Under the pieces are notes generated by a model that was given only the letters and a program-made list of their open reading frames with translations, was not told the DNA's origin and ran no database searches. This document shows positions 18,249-28,419 of a stretch of DNA of 32,641 bases, piece by piece. Positions within the stretch are counted from its first letter, which is position 1. Each line of letters begins with the position of its first letter. Position numbers and translations under genes: made by a program. Source of the DNA: a virus (Duplodnaviria > Heunggongvirae > Uroviricota > Caudoviricetes); the IMG/VR virus record IMGVR_UViG_2671180283_000027. One strand, given 5' to 3'.

Positions 18249-19322
18249 TTACGCTCCCGGCTCTGCGGTCACTTTAGTCGGTGTGGAGAAGTCACCGACC
18301 TTAATTTTTTCCACCAGACAACCGGCGGCATAGTCTTCCACCACGTAATCAATGTTCATTGACTCGTAGTTCTCCACGCGGTCGAGTTTCGGGTTTTCCA
18401 CAATCACGCGGCGATGGCTGTCATCCATGTAGTAGATGGACAGGTTTTCCAGCTTCGTGATGAGCATCGCATCCGCCGGGAAGTACGGGACGCGTACCGC
18501 CGGCAGGTTACCGATGCGTTTCTGGCTGATGATGACGTCAGCGGCCAGCATCTCGCTGTTGTCCTGCTCCTTGTTGACGATGGGGAAATACTTGTCCGCC
18601 AGTAGCTGACGCCCCACAATCACCACAAGGTCAGGGTCTTCCTGATACCACGGCTCAATCAGGTTGTTGGTCGCATCCATCACCAGTGCATCGAGGCTGG
18701 CATAATCACCGCCCTTACCCACGCGGATGACCTCAGAGGTCGTGTGACCTTCCTCGTCAGTAACCTTGCTCATCACGCGCGCCGGGGCTTCATTGCGGTA
18801 TTTCTGCAGCCAGCCGACCGCCACATCCTGCAGCATCTGGTTACTGCTGCGGTCAGAGGTTTCGGCACGCCTCACGCCGTTAAAACCGGCCATGATTAAA
18901 TCAAGGGACTGGCGTTTGATAATGGCGTTACGGACACGGAGCTGGAAATCCTGATAACGCGCCCACAGGTCAAGCGTTTTGTAGCGGATATAAAAATCGA
19001 AGTTAATCTGGTCGCATTCGTACTTGTTTGACGCCAGCTTCGAGAAGTCCTTCGGCTGACGCTCGGTGCCACCGGCGGTGTCTGTGGTGCTGGCGATGGA
19101 GCCGGTGACACCAATACCAATTTTTTCCCCTTTCATTTCGCTGACCGGCACAATGTTGATGCGGGTCAGAAAGTCAGAGGACTCCTGCATGGTGTTCATC
19201 AGGGTCTGGGTGACCGACGGTTCAACGGTGAATTTTTTCGACACATCACCGGCGTCGATGCCGTTCAGTTCGGCAACACGGGACAGGTAGGCATTAAATT
19301 TAAAGCGGGTTTCCTGGCGCAT
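18249..19322 (-). CDS. N: Major capsid protein gpN (357 aa)
   Basis: 357 aa as in P2 gpN; synteny. Confidence 0.9.
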   Translation of the reverse strand: MRQETRFKFNAYLSRVAELNGIDAGDVSKKFTVEPSVTQTLMNTMQESSDFLTRINIVPVSEMKGEKIGIGVTGSIASTTDTAGGTERQPKDFSKLASNKYECDQINFDFYIRYKTLDLWARYQDFQLRVRNAIIKRQSLDLIMAGFNGVRRAETSDRSSNQMLQDVAVGWLQKYRNEAPARVMSKVTDEEGHTTSEVIRVGKGGDYASLDALVMDATNNLIEPWYQEDPDLVVIVGRQLLADKYFPIVNKEQDNSEMLAADVIISQKRIGNLPAVRVPYFPADAMLITKLENLSIYYMDDSHRRVIVENPKLDRVENYESMNIDYVVEDYAAGCLVEKIKVGDFSTPTKVTAEPGA

Positions 19323-19380
19323 AGTTTTTCCTGAAATTAAGGGTTAATCGTGAAGGTTTTCCCGGACTGGCTGACGCCGG

Positions 19381-20235
19381 TCAGCAGTTCGTCATCAGGG
19401 CGTCACCGCCACCTCCGGTGGCCTTGCTGCGGCGCTGCTGGGTCAGACTTTCGGTGTGGTCGAGACTGTTTTTCAGGCGGCTGAATGCCTGGCTGGTTTC
19501 ATCCGCCCTGTCAGTCACCTCCTGCTTAAGTGCGGAAAAGGCGGTTTCCATCTCAGCGAGGCGCTGCTCAGTGGCGCTCAGTTTTTCCTGCACATGTTCA
19601 GCAACAGCGGTCACCGCTTCATGCACGTCATTCAGACGGGCGTCATCGCTGGCCTGTTTGCGGCCAAAAATGGACTTCACCTTTTCGGTCAGGGCGGTGA
19701 ACACGGTTTCAGGCAGGTCTTCAAATTCCAGCTCAACAGGCGTTGCCACTGAAATCAGGTTTTCAGGGCTTAATTTGAAGCGGTTCAGGGGGTTGTGTTT
19801 TGCCGTGCGGCAGAATTCCAGATATTCCGTGCCGAGGCTTGCCGGGTCATCGGTGACGGCCAGACCCACCAGATAACATTTGCCGGTGTTGGCAAAGTTC
19901 GGCTGAATTTCCATTGAGGTGTAGACCTTCTGTGCGGCCTTGTTCATCGCGATAAGGTCATCGGTCGGGGTGATTTTCGCAAACAGCGCCCATTTGCCTT
20001 TCAGCGCCGAATCATCGTCAATCTTTTCGGCCTTCAGTTCGGCCACATCGCCATAACGTTTAAAAATGCCGTCAGGCAGGATGCCTCGCAGATGTTCCAG
20101 GTTAATACGGCAACCATAGACACGCGGGTCAAAGGTTTCCGCCATTTCCTGAATATCCTGCGCACTGATGACACGCCCGTCACAGGTGTCACCCTCAACG
20201 CCGATACGAAAGAATTTTGAGACTTTTTTTGCCAT
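19381..20235 (-). CDS. O: Capsid scaffold protein gpO (284 aa)
   Basis: Start refined to ATG at 20235 (MAKKVSKFF...), giving the P2 gpO length; divergent from P. Confidence 0.85.
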   Translation of the reverse strand: MAKKVSKFFRIGVEGDTCDGRVISAQDIQEMAETFDPRVYGCRINLEHLRGILPDGIFKRYGDVAELKAEKIDDDSALKGKWALFAKITPTDDLIAMNKAAQKVYTSMEIQPNFANTGKCYLVGLAVTDDPASLGTEYLEFCRTAKHNPLNRFKLSPENLISVATPVELEFEDLPETVFTALTEKVKSIFGRKQASDDARLNDVHEAVTAVAEHVQEKLSATEQRLAEMETAFSALKQEVTDRADETSQAFSRLKNSLDHTESLTQQRRSKATGGGGDALMTNC

Positions 20236-20408
20236 TGTCAGGAGTCCTGAATAGTGATTAGAGGAGTCACATGTCGGCATCAGTTTCCCGACGATGCGCA
20301 TCCTCCGCCATCAGTCCCGGATGGCTTATCACTGACACAACAGCACCTTAGCGAATCGCGGGGCGCGACTCAGTAGCCTTGCCGTGTATTCATCACGGCG
20401 AGGTATTC

Positions 20409-22181
20409 ATGACCATCACCACAGACACCACTCTTTTACACGACCCGCGTCGTCAGGCGGCGCTGCTGTACTGGCAGGGGTTTTCCGTGCCGCAGATTGC
20501 CGCCATGTTGCAGATGAAACGCCCGACGGTGCAGAGCTGGAAACAGCGCGACGGCTGGGACAGCGTTGCCCCCATCAGCCGTGTCGAAATGAGTCTGGAA
20601 GCGCGGCTGACCCAGCTCATCATCAAACCGCAGAAAACCGGCGGTGACTTCAAGGAAATTGACCTGCTGGGACGCCAGATTGAACGACTGGCACGGGTCA
20701 ACCGCTACAGTCAGACCGGCAACGAGGCAGACCTTAATCCGAACATCGCTAACCGCAACAAAGGCGGGCGGCGCAAACCGAAAAAGAATTTTTTCAGTGA
20801 CGAGGCCATCGAAAAGCTGGAGCAGATTTTCTTTGAGCAGTCTTTCGACTATCAGTTGCACTGGTATCGCGCCGGGCTTGAGCACCGCATCCGCGATATC
20901 CTGAAATCCCGCCAGATTGGCGCGACGTTTTATTTTTCCCGCGAGGCGCTGCTGCGCGCCCTGAAAACCGGTCATAACCAGATTTTTCTGTCGGCCAGTA
21001 AAACGCAGGCGTATGTGTTCCGCGAATACATCATCGCCTTTGCCCGGCTGGTTGACGTTGACCTGACCGGTGACCCGATTGTCCTGGGCAATAACAGCGC
21101 AAAACTGATTTTTCTCGGCACCAACTCCAACACCGCGCAGAGCCATAACGGCGACCTGTACGTCGACGAGATTTTCTGGATCCCGAATTTTCAGGTACTG
21201 CGTAAGGTGGCATCAGGTATGGCCTCACAGAGTCACCTGCGCTCGACCTATTTCTCCACCCCGTCCACGCTGGCGCACGACGCCTATCCGTTCTGGTCCG
21301 GTGAACTGTTTAACCGGGGACGCGCCAGCGCCGCCGAACGCGTGGAAATCGACGTCAGTCATAACGCCCTTGCCGGAGGTCTTCTCTGTGCGGACGGCCA
21401 GTGGCGGCAGATTGTCACCATTGAGGACGCCCTGAAAGGTGGCTGCACACTGTTCGACATTGAGCAGCTCAAACGTGAAAACAGCGCCGACGATTTTAAA
21501 AACCTGTTCATGTGTGAATTTGTTGACGACAAGGCGTCGGTGTTCCCGTTCGAGGAGCTGCAACGCTGCATGGTCGACACGCTGGAAGAATGGGAAGACT
21601 ATGCGCCGTTTGCCGCAAATCCGTTCGGCTCACGTCCGGTATGGATTGGTTACGACCCGTCACACCGTGGCGACAGCGCCGGATGCGTGGTGCTGGCACC
21701 GCCGGTGGTGGTCGGTGGCAAATTCAGAATACTTGAGCGTCACCAGTGGAAAGGCATGGACTTTGCCACTCAGGCGGAATCCATCCGCAAACTCACCGAA
21801 AAATACAACGTCGAATACATCGGTATTGATGCCACCGGCCTTGGTGTCGGCGTGTTCCAGCTCGTGCGCTCGTTCTATCCCGCCGCGCGCGATATCCGCT
21901 ACACGCCGGAAATGAAGACCGCAATGGTGCTCAAGGCAAAAGACGTTATCCGCCGTGGCTGTCTGGAATATGACGTCAGCGCCACCGACATCACCAGCTC
22001 GTTTATGGCTATCCGCAAGACCATGACCAGCAGCGGACGCAGCGCCACCTATGAGGCCAGCCGCAGCGAGGAAGCCAGCCACGCCGACCTCGCCTGGGCG
22101 ACCATGCACGCCCTGTTAAATGAGCCACTCACCGCCGGTATCAGCACCCCGCTGACATCCACCATTCTGGAGTTTTACTGA
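20409..22181 (+). CDS. P: Terminase large (ATPase) subunit gpP (590 aa)
   Basis: Start refined to ATG at 20409 with a GAGG ribosome-binding site; 590 aa as in P2 gpP. Confidence 0.9.
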   Translation: MTITTDTTLLHDPRRQAALLYWQGFSVPQIAAMLQMKRPTVQSWKQRDGWDSVAPISRVEMSLEARLTQLIIKPQKTGGDFKEIDLLGRQIERLARVNRYSQTGNEADLNPNIANRNKGGRRKPKKNFFSDEAIEKLEQIFFEQSFDYQLHWYRAGLEHRIRDILKSRQIGATFYFSREALLRALKTGHNQIFLSASKTQAYVFREYIIAFARLVDVDLTGDPIVLGNNSAKLIFLGTNSNTAQSHNGDLYVDEIFWIPNFQVLRKVASGMASQSHLRSTYFSTPSTLAHDAYPFWSGELFNRGRASAAERVEIDVSHNALAGGLLCADGQWRQIVTIEDALKGGCTLFDIEQLKRENSADDFKNLFMCEFVDDKASVFPFEELQRCMVDTLEEWEDYAPFAANPFGSRPVWIGYDPSHRGDSAGCVVLAPPVVVGGKFRILERHQWKGMDFATQAESIRKLTEKYNVEYIGIDATGLGVGVFQLVRSFYPAARDIRYTPEMKTAMVLKAKDVIRRGCLEYDVSATDITSSFMAIRKTMTSSGRSATYEASRSEEASHADLAWATMHALLNEPLTAGISTPLTSTILEFY

Positions 22182-23215
22182 TGAGCAAGAAAAAAGGGAA
22201 AACACCGCAACCTGCGGCAAAAAAAATGACCGCCAGCGCCCCGAAAATGGAGGCATTCACCTTTGGTGAACCGGTGCCGGTACTCGACCGCCGTGACATT
22301 CTGGATTACGTCGAGTGCATCAGTAACGGCAGATGGTATGAGCCACCGGTCAGCTTTACCGGTCTGGCAAAAAGCCTGCGTGCTGCCGTACATCACAGCT
22401 CACCGATTTACGTCAAACGTAATATTCTGGCTTCAACGTTTATTCCGCACCCGTGGCTTTCCCAGCAGGATTTCAGCCGCTTTGTGCTGGATTTTCTGGT
22501 GTTCGGTAATGCGTTTCTGGAAAAGCGTTACAGCACCACCGGTAAGGTCATCAGACTGGAAACCTCACCGGCAAAATATACCCGCCGTGGCGTGGAGGAG
22601 GATGTTTACTGGTGGGTGCCGTCCTTCAACGAGCCGACAGCCTTCGCGCCCGGCTCCGTGTTTCACCTGCTGGAGCCGGATATTAATCAGGAGCTGTACG
22701 GCCTGCCGGAATATCTCAGCGCCCTTAACTCTGCCTGGCTGAATGAGTCGGCCACGCTGTTCCGCCGCAAGTATTACGAAAACGGCGCACATGCCGGATA
22801 CATCATGTACGTCACTGATGCCGTGCAGGATCGCAACGATATCGAAATGCTTCGCGAAAACATGGTGAAGTCAAAAGGCCGCAACAACTTTAAAAACCTG
22901 TTTCTCTATGCCCCACAGGGGAAAGCCGACGGCATTAAAATTATCCCGCTCAGTGAAGTGGCAACGAAGGACGATTTTTTTAATATCAAAAAAGCCAGCG
23001 CCGCTGACCTGCTGGACGCGCACCGCATCCCCTTTCAGTTGATGGGCGGCAAGCCGGAGAACGTCGGGTCGCTGGGCGATATTGAGAAAGTGGCAAAGGT
23101 CTTTGTCCGCAATGAACTTATCCCGTTACAGGACAGGATCCGCGAGATAAACGGCTGGCTCGGCCAGGAGGTCATCCGCTTTAAAAACTACTCACTGGAC
23201 ACTGACAACGGCTGA
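22181..23215 (+). CDS. Q: Portal protein gpQ (344 aa)
   Basis: 344 aa as in P2 gpQ; start overlaps the P stop. Confidence 0.9.
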   Translation: MSKKKGKTPQPAAKKMTASAPKMEAFTFGEPVPVLDRRDILDYVECISNGRWYEPPVSFTGLAKSLRAAVHHSSPIYVKRNILASTFIPHPWLSQQDFSRFVLDFLVFGNAFLEKRYSTTGKVIRLETSPAKYTRRGVEEDVYWWVPSFNEPTAFAPGSVFHLLEPDINQELYGLPEYLSALNSAWLNESATLFRRKYYENGAHAGYIMYVTDAVQDRNDIEMLRENMVKSKGRNNFKNLFLYAPQGKADGIKIIPLSEVATKDDFFNIKKASAADLLDAHRIPFQLMGGKPENVGSLGDIEKVAKVFVRNELIPLQDRIREINGWLGQEVIRFKNYSLDTDNG

Positions 23216-23219
23216 CATC

Positions 23220-23241
23220 GCCGCCTGCGGGCGGCTTTTTT
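23220..23241 (+). terminator. Rho-independent terminator after Q
   Basis: Stem GCCGCC / GGCGGC with loop TGCG, followed by TTTTTT. Confidence 0.7.
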
Positions 23242-23383
23242 ACACCCCGTCATCACGCCCTCACACGCTCACCACCGCACAAAACACCCCACAGACACAC
23301 CAACGCCCCGGCGCACAATCCAAACGCCGTCACGACGCGCTGAGACGCTGAAAAAATAAAATCAGCACCACCGCCAGCGCGCA

Positions 23384-23402
23384 GTGCTTTCCCCGCCTCG
23401 CC
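23384..23402. other. cos site (19-nt cohesive-end sequence)
   Basis: GTGCTTTCCCCGCCTCGCC is the reverse complement of GGCGAGGCGGGGAAAGCAC, which I recall as the P2 cohesive end; lies in a C-rich tract just past Q. Confidence 0.7.
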
Positions 23403-23477
23403 CGCCCGCTTCATGGGGCGGTTTTAATGCAACAATGCACCTTCTCTAAAACAGGCAGGATAAACTATGAACGATAA

Positions 23478-23516
23478 AAATCCCCAACAGCCAGTGCATG
23501 CAAATACATGCACTGG
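23478..23516 (-). terminator. Rho-independent terminator of the cargo gene
   Basis: Perfect 10-bp stem CCAGTGCATG / CATGCACTGG (23491-23516) with a 6-nt loop, followed on the minus-strand transcript by a TTTTT run. Confidence 0.5.
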
Positions 23517-23533
23517 TATGCAAATTATAAGCC

Positions 23534-25885
23534 TTAAAGTTCTGTATATATTAGGCGTAGCATATCCTGCGCATAACTTTTCATATCTTCATCAGTCCAT
23601 TCACGGATAACGTGCATAGGCTCATTGAGTGCAGTTCTAAACCCATGAATTCTTCTGGCCGTCTCCTCTTCCAAAATACCATCTTCAGCCAGTCGATTAA
23701 TACACACAGAAAAATCCGTTCTATCATTTAAGTTGCAGTCTGTCAGTTGTTTGCGATAACGAGAACGGAATTCTGATTCAAGATATGGCCTTAAAGATAG
23801 TATTATTGTCTTATCAGTATCCACACCATTTATAAAATCAACAATCCTCTCATAGGATCTCTCATGGTCTGAAGCTATTAATTGCTCTACCTTCAGCGGT
23901 TCAAAATTAGAACCGTCTTGACCTTGTTTGATCTGAAGAATTCTATCCAAATTAAATTTTTGAGATGTCTTTGCTGCCATTCCTTTATAGTGTGTAGTAA
24001 TAAACATCTGTTTTACATAAGGCTGTAATTCATACAACTTCTGCAAAATACAAGATATTCTTTCCTCATCAAAACTTGTTACAGGATCATCCATAATAAG
24101 AATAGCTTTTGATTTCTCATCATTAGGTAACAAGTAAATTTTAGAAAGAAAGATGCACAAAGCCAAAGCTCGGCGATCTGACTCACTAAACAAACAATTA
24201 AGTTTGTTTTTTCCAACTGACTTCCCATTAAATGAAACGTCAAGTTCATAAACAATTTTTGTACCCTGCCTGTTTATTTTTTTATTTATAGAAAATTTAC
24301 TAGATCCAACAGAACAGAACAGAGAATTAATGTGCTCAAAATATTTGTTTAAAAATTGCTCCTGGCATTCCTCTAATGTTTTCTTCTTCTCATTATAGTT
24401 TTTTTCCCTAATATCTATTTCTTTTTTCAATTCAAGATATTCTCGACAATCTGGCTCAAGCAATAATCTTTTTTTATTAGATTCCCACTGCCCAAGATCT
24501 TTTTGATAGATTCCCAGTAATACATCTAATTTGGTGGAATTGATACTTTCTTTATACTTCACCAACTCATCATTGAGCTGATTAATAATGCTATTGTATG
24601 ATTCCAATTTGCCATGAATTTCATGCTCAAATTGTAGAAGAGCCGAAAAATCAAACCCCTTCATTTCGTTGTATACAGCTAATTCTTTCTCATCATATAT
24701 ACACTCCAGTGATTGCTGAGCCTTAAGTAGATCTTGGTTAAATGTCAATATATCATTTCTTACTTGATTATAAATAGCACAACATGACTCAAACCTTCCA
24801 TTATTACTTAATTCATTTTTTATCTCATTCTCTAAATACTGTGACAAAACATCAATGTTTTTGCTATGTACATCATCAATTACATTTAATGAGATAAATG
24901 AAAAATCAAGCCGCCTTATTTCTTTTAATTCTTTTTTTGTACTTTCAATAAAGCGCATAAATGACTCATCAAATGAATCCTTATAAGCACTAATCAGCTC
25001 TTTTGATTCTCCTGATATACTCTGACCGCAAAATGGACATATTTCTGTGGCCATACCAAGCCCATTTGAGATCCATCCATTAAAATGATCGTGAGCCTTT
25101 ATTCTCTCTTTATGTCGCTCTAATATAGAAAGTGCATCGTCATGAATTGTAGCCATTCCAGAAGAAAGACATTTATTAACCCTAATTGAAATATCTTTCA
25201 ACTTTGGTGTACAGTTAATTAAATTAAACAACGGCCTTGCTTTAATATATTTGACGGCTGTTTTCTTCTTTTCAACTTCTTGTATTGACTTAATAAGTTC
25301 ATTTATTTTTGAGTCAACGCAATCATAATCTGTTATGACAGGCTCACTATTAGCATACTCATCAACGTTATCAATTTGGTGTGATTGAATTAAATCTTTT
25401 TTACTTCTTAACGAACCTCTTAAACTTCTTAATTCTGCATTCTCCTTTTCCAGAGCTTCAAAAGCAGCAACATTGTCTTCACCCAAAATAAATGCAGTAA
25501 CACATTCAGAGTTTTCTCGATTAGATACTGTACCTGCCATTACATTTCTATGAACAAAACTCTGATCAAAGATATATAATTTAGAATCTGGTGGTGGTAA
25601 TCCTGACCATTTATCTACATAAAATGAAACAACTCTATTTGAACTCCCCTCTGTGAATTGTAAATCAATCTTTGGAGTTACTTCACCATCTCCCTCCAGA
25701 ATAGTCTTTCTGTTAACAACCAATTCAGGAGTATTCGTTGATAAAGAATAAAAGATGTCACAAAGAGTACTTTTACCATGTCTATTTTCACCGTAGATAA
25801 CATTCATGTTATTAAACTCATAAGAGCTGGAGCGAGCTTTAATATAGTTACCTACGCCCTCTATTAATTTAATCCTCTTTAACAT
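23534..25885 (-). CDS. Cargo: Rad50/SMC-like ABC ATPase (783 aa) with a CxxC-containing coiled-coil insert and a C-terminal putative nuclease domain; candidate RloC/PrrC-like anti-phage protein
   Basis: ATG with AAGGA ribosome-binding site; Walker A GENRHGKST (~32-40), Q-loop candidate (~Q108), coiled-coil region ~130-560 with CPFC at ~283-286, signature-like LFSESDRRALAL (~565-576), Walker B ILIMDD (~595-600), D-loop SFD, H-loop THY (~631-633), then a ~140-aa C-terminal domain with RPYLE (R699/E703) and downstream His; strongly AT-rich compared with the rest of the prophage. Confidence 0.7.
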   Translation of the reverse strand: MLKRIKLIEGVGNYIKARSSSYEFNNMNVIYGENRHGKSTLCDIFYSLSTNTPELVVNRKTILEGDGEVTPKIDLQFTEGSSNRVVSFYVDKWSGLPPPDSKLYIFDQSFVHRNVMAGTVSNRENSECVTAFILGEDNVAAFEALEKENAELRSLRGSLRSKKDLIQSHQIDNVDEYANSEPVITDYDCVDSKINELIKSIQEVEKKKTAVKYIKARPLFNLINCTPKLKDISIRVNKCLSSGMATIHDDALSILERHKERIKAHDHFNGWISNGLGMATEICPFCGQSISGESKELISAYKDSFDESFMRFIESTKKELKEIRRLDFSFISLNVIDDVHSKNIDVLSQYLENEIKNELSNNGRFESCCAIYNQVRNDILTFNQDLLKAQQSLECIYDEKELAVYNEMKGFDFSALLQFEHEIHGKLESYNSIINQLNDELVKYKESINSTKLDVLLGIYQKDLGQWESNKKRLLLEPDCREYLELKKEIDIREKNYNEKKKTLEECQEQFLNKYFEHINSLFCSVGSSKFSINKKINRQGTKIVYELDVSFNGKSVGKNKLNCLFSESDRRALALCIFLSKIYLLPNDEKSKAILIMDDPVTSFDEERISCILQKLYELQPYVKQMFITTHYKGMAAKTSQKFNLDRILQIKQGQDGSNFEPLKVEQLIASDHERSYERIVDFINGVDTDKTIILSLRPYLESEFRSRYRKQLTDCNLNDRTDFSVCINRLAEDGILEEETARRIHGFRTALNEPMHVIREWTDEDMKSYAQDMLRLIYTEL

Positions 25886-26151
25886 TCTTTTTCCTTAATT
25901 AATTGTTAAGTTTCAATTACAACCAACACAATAAACTTAAGAAAATCAATATAATGCACAACAACAAAACTCACAATACCTTACACGCTCGTTACCTACT
26001 GCAAACTTATCTTGCAATACTAATAATCAAGTTTGAAATCATAATATCACCACATGAAATTGCCATATCGCAGAGGCTCCTTACTCGACAACTAAAATGT
26101 TTATACTCCAAAAAGTAAGTTTCTTACTTTTTAACCGCATTAATTTCTACA

Positions 26152-28419
26152 TCACCTAAAACCTATCCACTCATCAGCGACCGGATACGTGAATTGTTTC
26201 CCGTCATAATTTACAGTCGCGCCACGCGCCAGCGCCTCAAGCTCCCATCGCTGCGGCCTGATACCGTTCTGAGCAAGGTCAACGCGGATACGGGTGATTT
26301 GCATTCTTTCCGACCGGGTCAGTCTGGCCGATGGTGCAATTTCATGTGGTTTTAACGGGCTTCCGTTTCTTTGCTGACGGTTTGGTCTTCTCAGTCCGTG
26401 TTTTAATGCGCTTCTGAGCGCCCTCACAACCTCCGGGTCATTCCATTCGATAACACCGTCATCAACCAGATTAAGCACTGCTGCGGCGTGCTCAGAAGGT
26501 GTGGGAGCCGGTAACGAAGTATCACCACCGTTGAGCTTTCCACAGTTATTGACAGGACTCCGAGGCGCGGCGATGCCGCTTTTTAAAGTCAAAGGCTCAA
26601 CGACCGGCACTTTCGGCACAATGCGCCAGTCCGTGGTTCTGGTGATATGAATATGACGCGCGCCGAGATGCGGCGCGTAAATGCCGACCACTCTCTCGAC
26701 TTCTTCCTCGTACTCGTTAACGTCATCCGACGGGCTACGGGCGACCCTGACAGTCTGACAATCGCGCGGGACATTTGCCCCGCCCTGCGCGCTGATATAC
26801 AGCGCAAAATCGCCACTGTCTGCGGCGGCGCGTGCAGCCTCCACGCGTTCGTCAAATTCATCAGCAATGCTGACGCCGCGAGGCAATTTACGTAGCTCAC
26901 GGTAAGCTCCCATTGTCGGCAGGCCAACCGTTTTAAATTGCGGAATGCGCCACGTTGACGCCCATGCGGTAACAGCCGCCGCAGTATCTTTCAGCGGTCT
27001 GCCGGTATCGTTATCGAGCTGACCATCCAGTGCATAGCCGTCGATATTTTTTGAAATGTATTTCGCGATATATCCCGCAGCACCGCCCCGGTTAAGGTGT
27101 TTTGCCTGAAAACGGTTTCGCGCGGCTCCTCTTTCGTCGCCATCCTCTTTGAGCGCATAGCGACGCATGATTTCGATAATCTGGTTACGCTGGCGTGGAT
27201 TACAAAAAAGCATCATATGCCAGTGCGGCGTTCCGTCGTGGTGTGGTTCGACGACACGCAAACCGTAGACCTGTAAATCATTATCCTTGAATGCCGTGCG
27301 CATCAGGCTCCAGATACGGCAGAGATAACGCTGCGCATCCTTTGGATTAAATGCCTCATCGTTCCAGCCGTGATTAAGCTGGACGGTTTTATTTTCGCCT
27401 TTTCCGACCTGACGTGTCGGGTGATACTTTGACGGCGTGGTCAGCGTGATAAACATCCCCACATCACCCTCTGCGGCGGCGTAACGCTCAATACCGGCGA
27501 TGGTGTTCATCAGCTCCATCCGGCGAATTTCAGGATTAGAAATACTGCCCATCACCTTGCTGATAAGGTCGATGCGCTCGCCGGTTTCCCTGTTTTCGAG
27601 GTCACACGATTTAAGAAATTCCAGATTTGCCTGGCGGCGCGCACGCACATCACGAATGGCGTGTTTACTGGCATAAGGAGAACGGTCTTTATTGACCTCC
27701 CCGACAGCTATCAGTAACGCTTCATGCCAGCGCATACGCTGGCCTTTAAGCTGATGAGTCCACCACTCATCGTTAAACAGACGGGCAATGGCAGAATATG
27801 CCTGCCTCGTGGTCATCTGCCCTTTACGGTATTTTTTCCAGTAGAGAGGGGAAATATTGAAAGCACGTGCAGCGCCAGCAACATGACCATAGAGGTGAGC
27901 CTGCGCCTCATCCGTAAACAGCGATTCTTTTTCGCCATGCGCATCCACCCAGGCATCGCTGAGTTCCTCATACATCATGAAAAGCTGCGATGAGATACGG
28001 GCAGCAAACTTTTTCAGCTCCTTGTCATTCATTCCCGGCAGGCGCGCATAGTGGTCACGCTCTGCCAGAAACAGCAACGACGCGTCGGTGTTCATTTCAT
28101 GGCGCTGATTCACACGCTCAATGCGCGGCCATAAACGACGCTGAAAAGTGGATGTGAGGAAATAAAACCCGTGTACCGGGCTTTTATTGCGCCGGATGTA
28201 GTCATAGCGTGAAGTAAACAGCGAGCGCAAAAAGTAAGGCAGGCGGTTAATCGTGGATAAAACACCTTGCACCTGACGCATCTCGTCACGTGTAAGGGGT
28301 CTTTCGCGCCCGACGGCCTCGCGTGGCGCGTTCCATGCATAAGCACCGGTAAACGCCTTACCGGTGCCTGCAGCAAATGCTGAAGGAGGGACAAAACGCC
28401 CGGAGGCTTTAACGGCCAT
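26152..28419 (-). CDS. A: Replication initiation endonuclease gpA (rolling-circle, ~755 aa)
   Basis: Recognised as P2 gpA-like; contains the HWH motif region; start refined to the ATG at 28419 (MAVKASGRF...); the ORF track starts at an upstream TTG. Confidence 0.85.
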   Translation of the reverse strand: MAVKASGRFVPPSAFAAGTGKAFTGAYAWNAPREAVGRERPLTRDEMRQVQGVLSTINRLPYFLRSLFTSRYDYIRRNKSPVHGFYFLTSTFQRRLWPRIERVNQRHEMNTDASLLFLAERDHYARLPGMNDKELKKFAARISSQLFMMYEELSDAWVDAHGEKESLFTDEAQAHLYGHVAGAARAFNISPLYWKKYRKGQMTTRQAYSAIARLFNDEWWTHQLKGQRMRWHEALLIAVGEVNKDRSPYASKHAIRDVRARRQANLEFLKSCDLENRETGERIDLISKVMGSISNPEIRRMELMNTIAGIERYAAAEGDVGMFITLTTPSKYHPTRQVGKGENKTVQLNHGWNDEAFNPKDAQRYLCRIWSLMRTAFKDNDLQVYGLRVVEPHHDGTPHWHMMLFCNPRQRNQIIEIMRRYALKEDGDERGAARNRFQAKHLNRGGAAGYIAKYISKNIDGYALDGQLDNDTGRPLKDTAAAVTAWASTWRIPQFKTVGLPTMGAYRELRKLPRGVSIADEFDERVEAARAAADSGDFALYISAQGGANVPRDCQTVRVARSPSDDVNEYEEEVERVVGIYAPHLGARHIHITRTTDWRIVPKVPVVEPLTLKSGIAAPRSPVNNCGKLNGGDTSLPAPTPSEHAAAVLNLVDDGVIEWNDPEVVRALRSALKHGLRRPNRQQRNGSPLKPHEIAPSARLTRSERMQITRIRVDLAQNGIRPQRWELEALARGATVNYDGKQFTYPVADEWIGFR

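Noticed and set aside
20236-20408. Dyad elements (GTGA-N9-TCAC at 20254-20270; CCGTG-N7-CACGG near 20385-20403) in the divergent O/P intergenic region as late-promoter activator sites
   Set aside because: Neither matches the recalled Ogr consensus TGT-N12-ACA and positions relative to the start codons are ambiguous; the region surely holds the divergent late promoters but specific sites cannot be assigned by eye
23534-25885. Possible HEPN R-x(4-6)-H motif or Toprim domain in the cargo protein C-terminus, which would make it OLD-like
   Set aside because: No clean R-x(4-6)-H motif (nearest is R750-x7-H758) and the C-terminal domain (~140 aa) is too short and lacks the acidic Toprim signature; the PrrC/RloC-like R-x3-E...H arrangement fits better but stays unconfirmed
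25903-26118. 71-aa plus-strand ORF in the AT-rich region between the cargo gene and A
   Set aside because: Low-complexity translation typical of AT-rich noncoding DNA, no obvious ribosome-binding site; more likely the promoter/leader of the cargo gene. A small regulatory gene cannot be fully excluded
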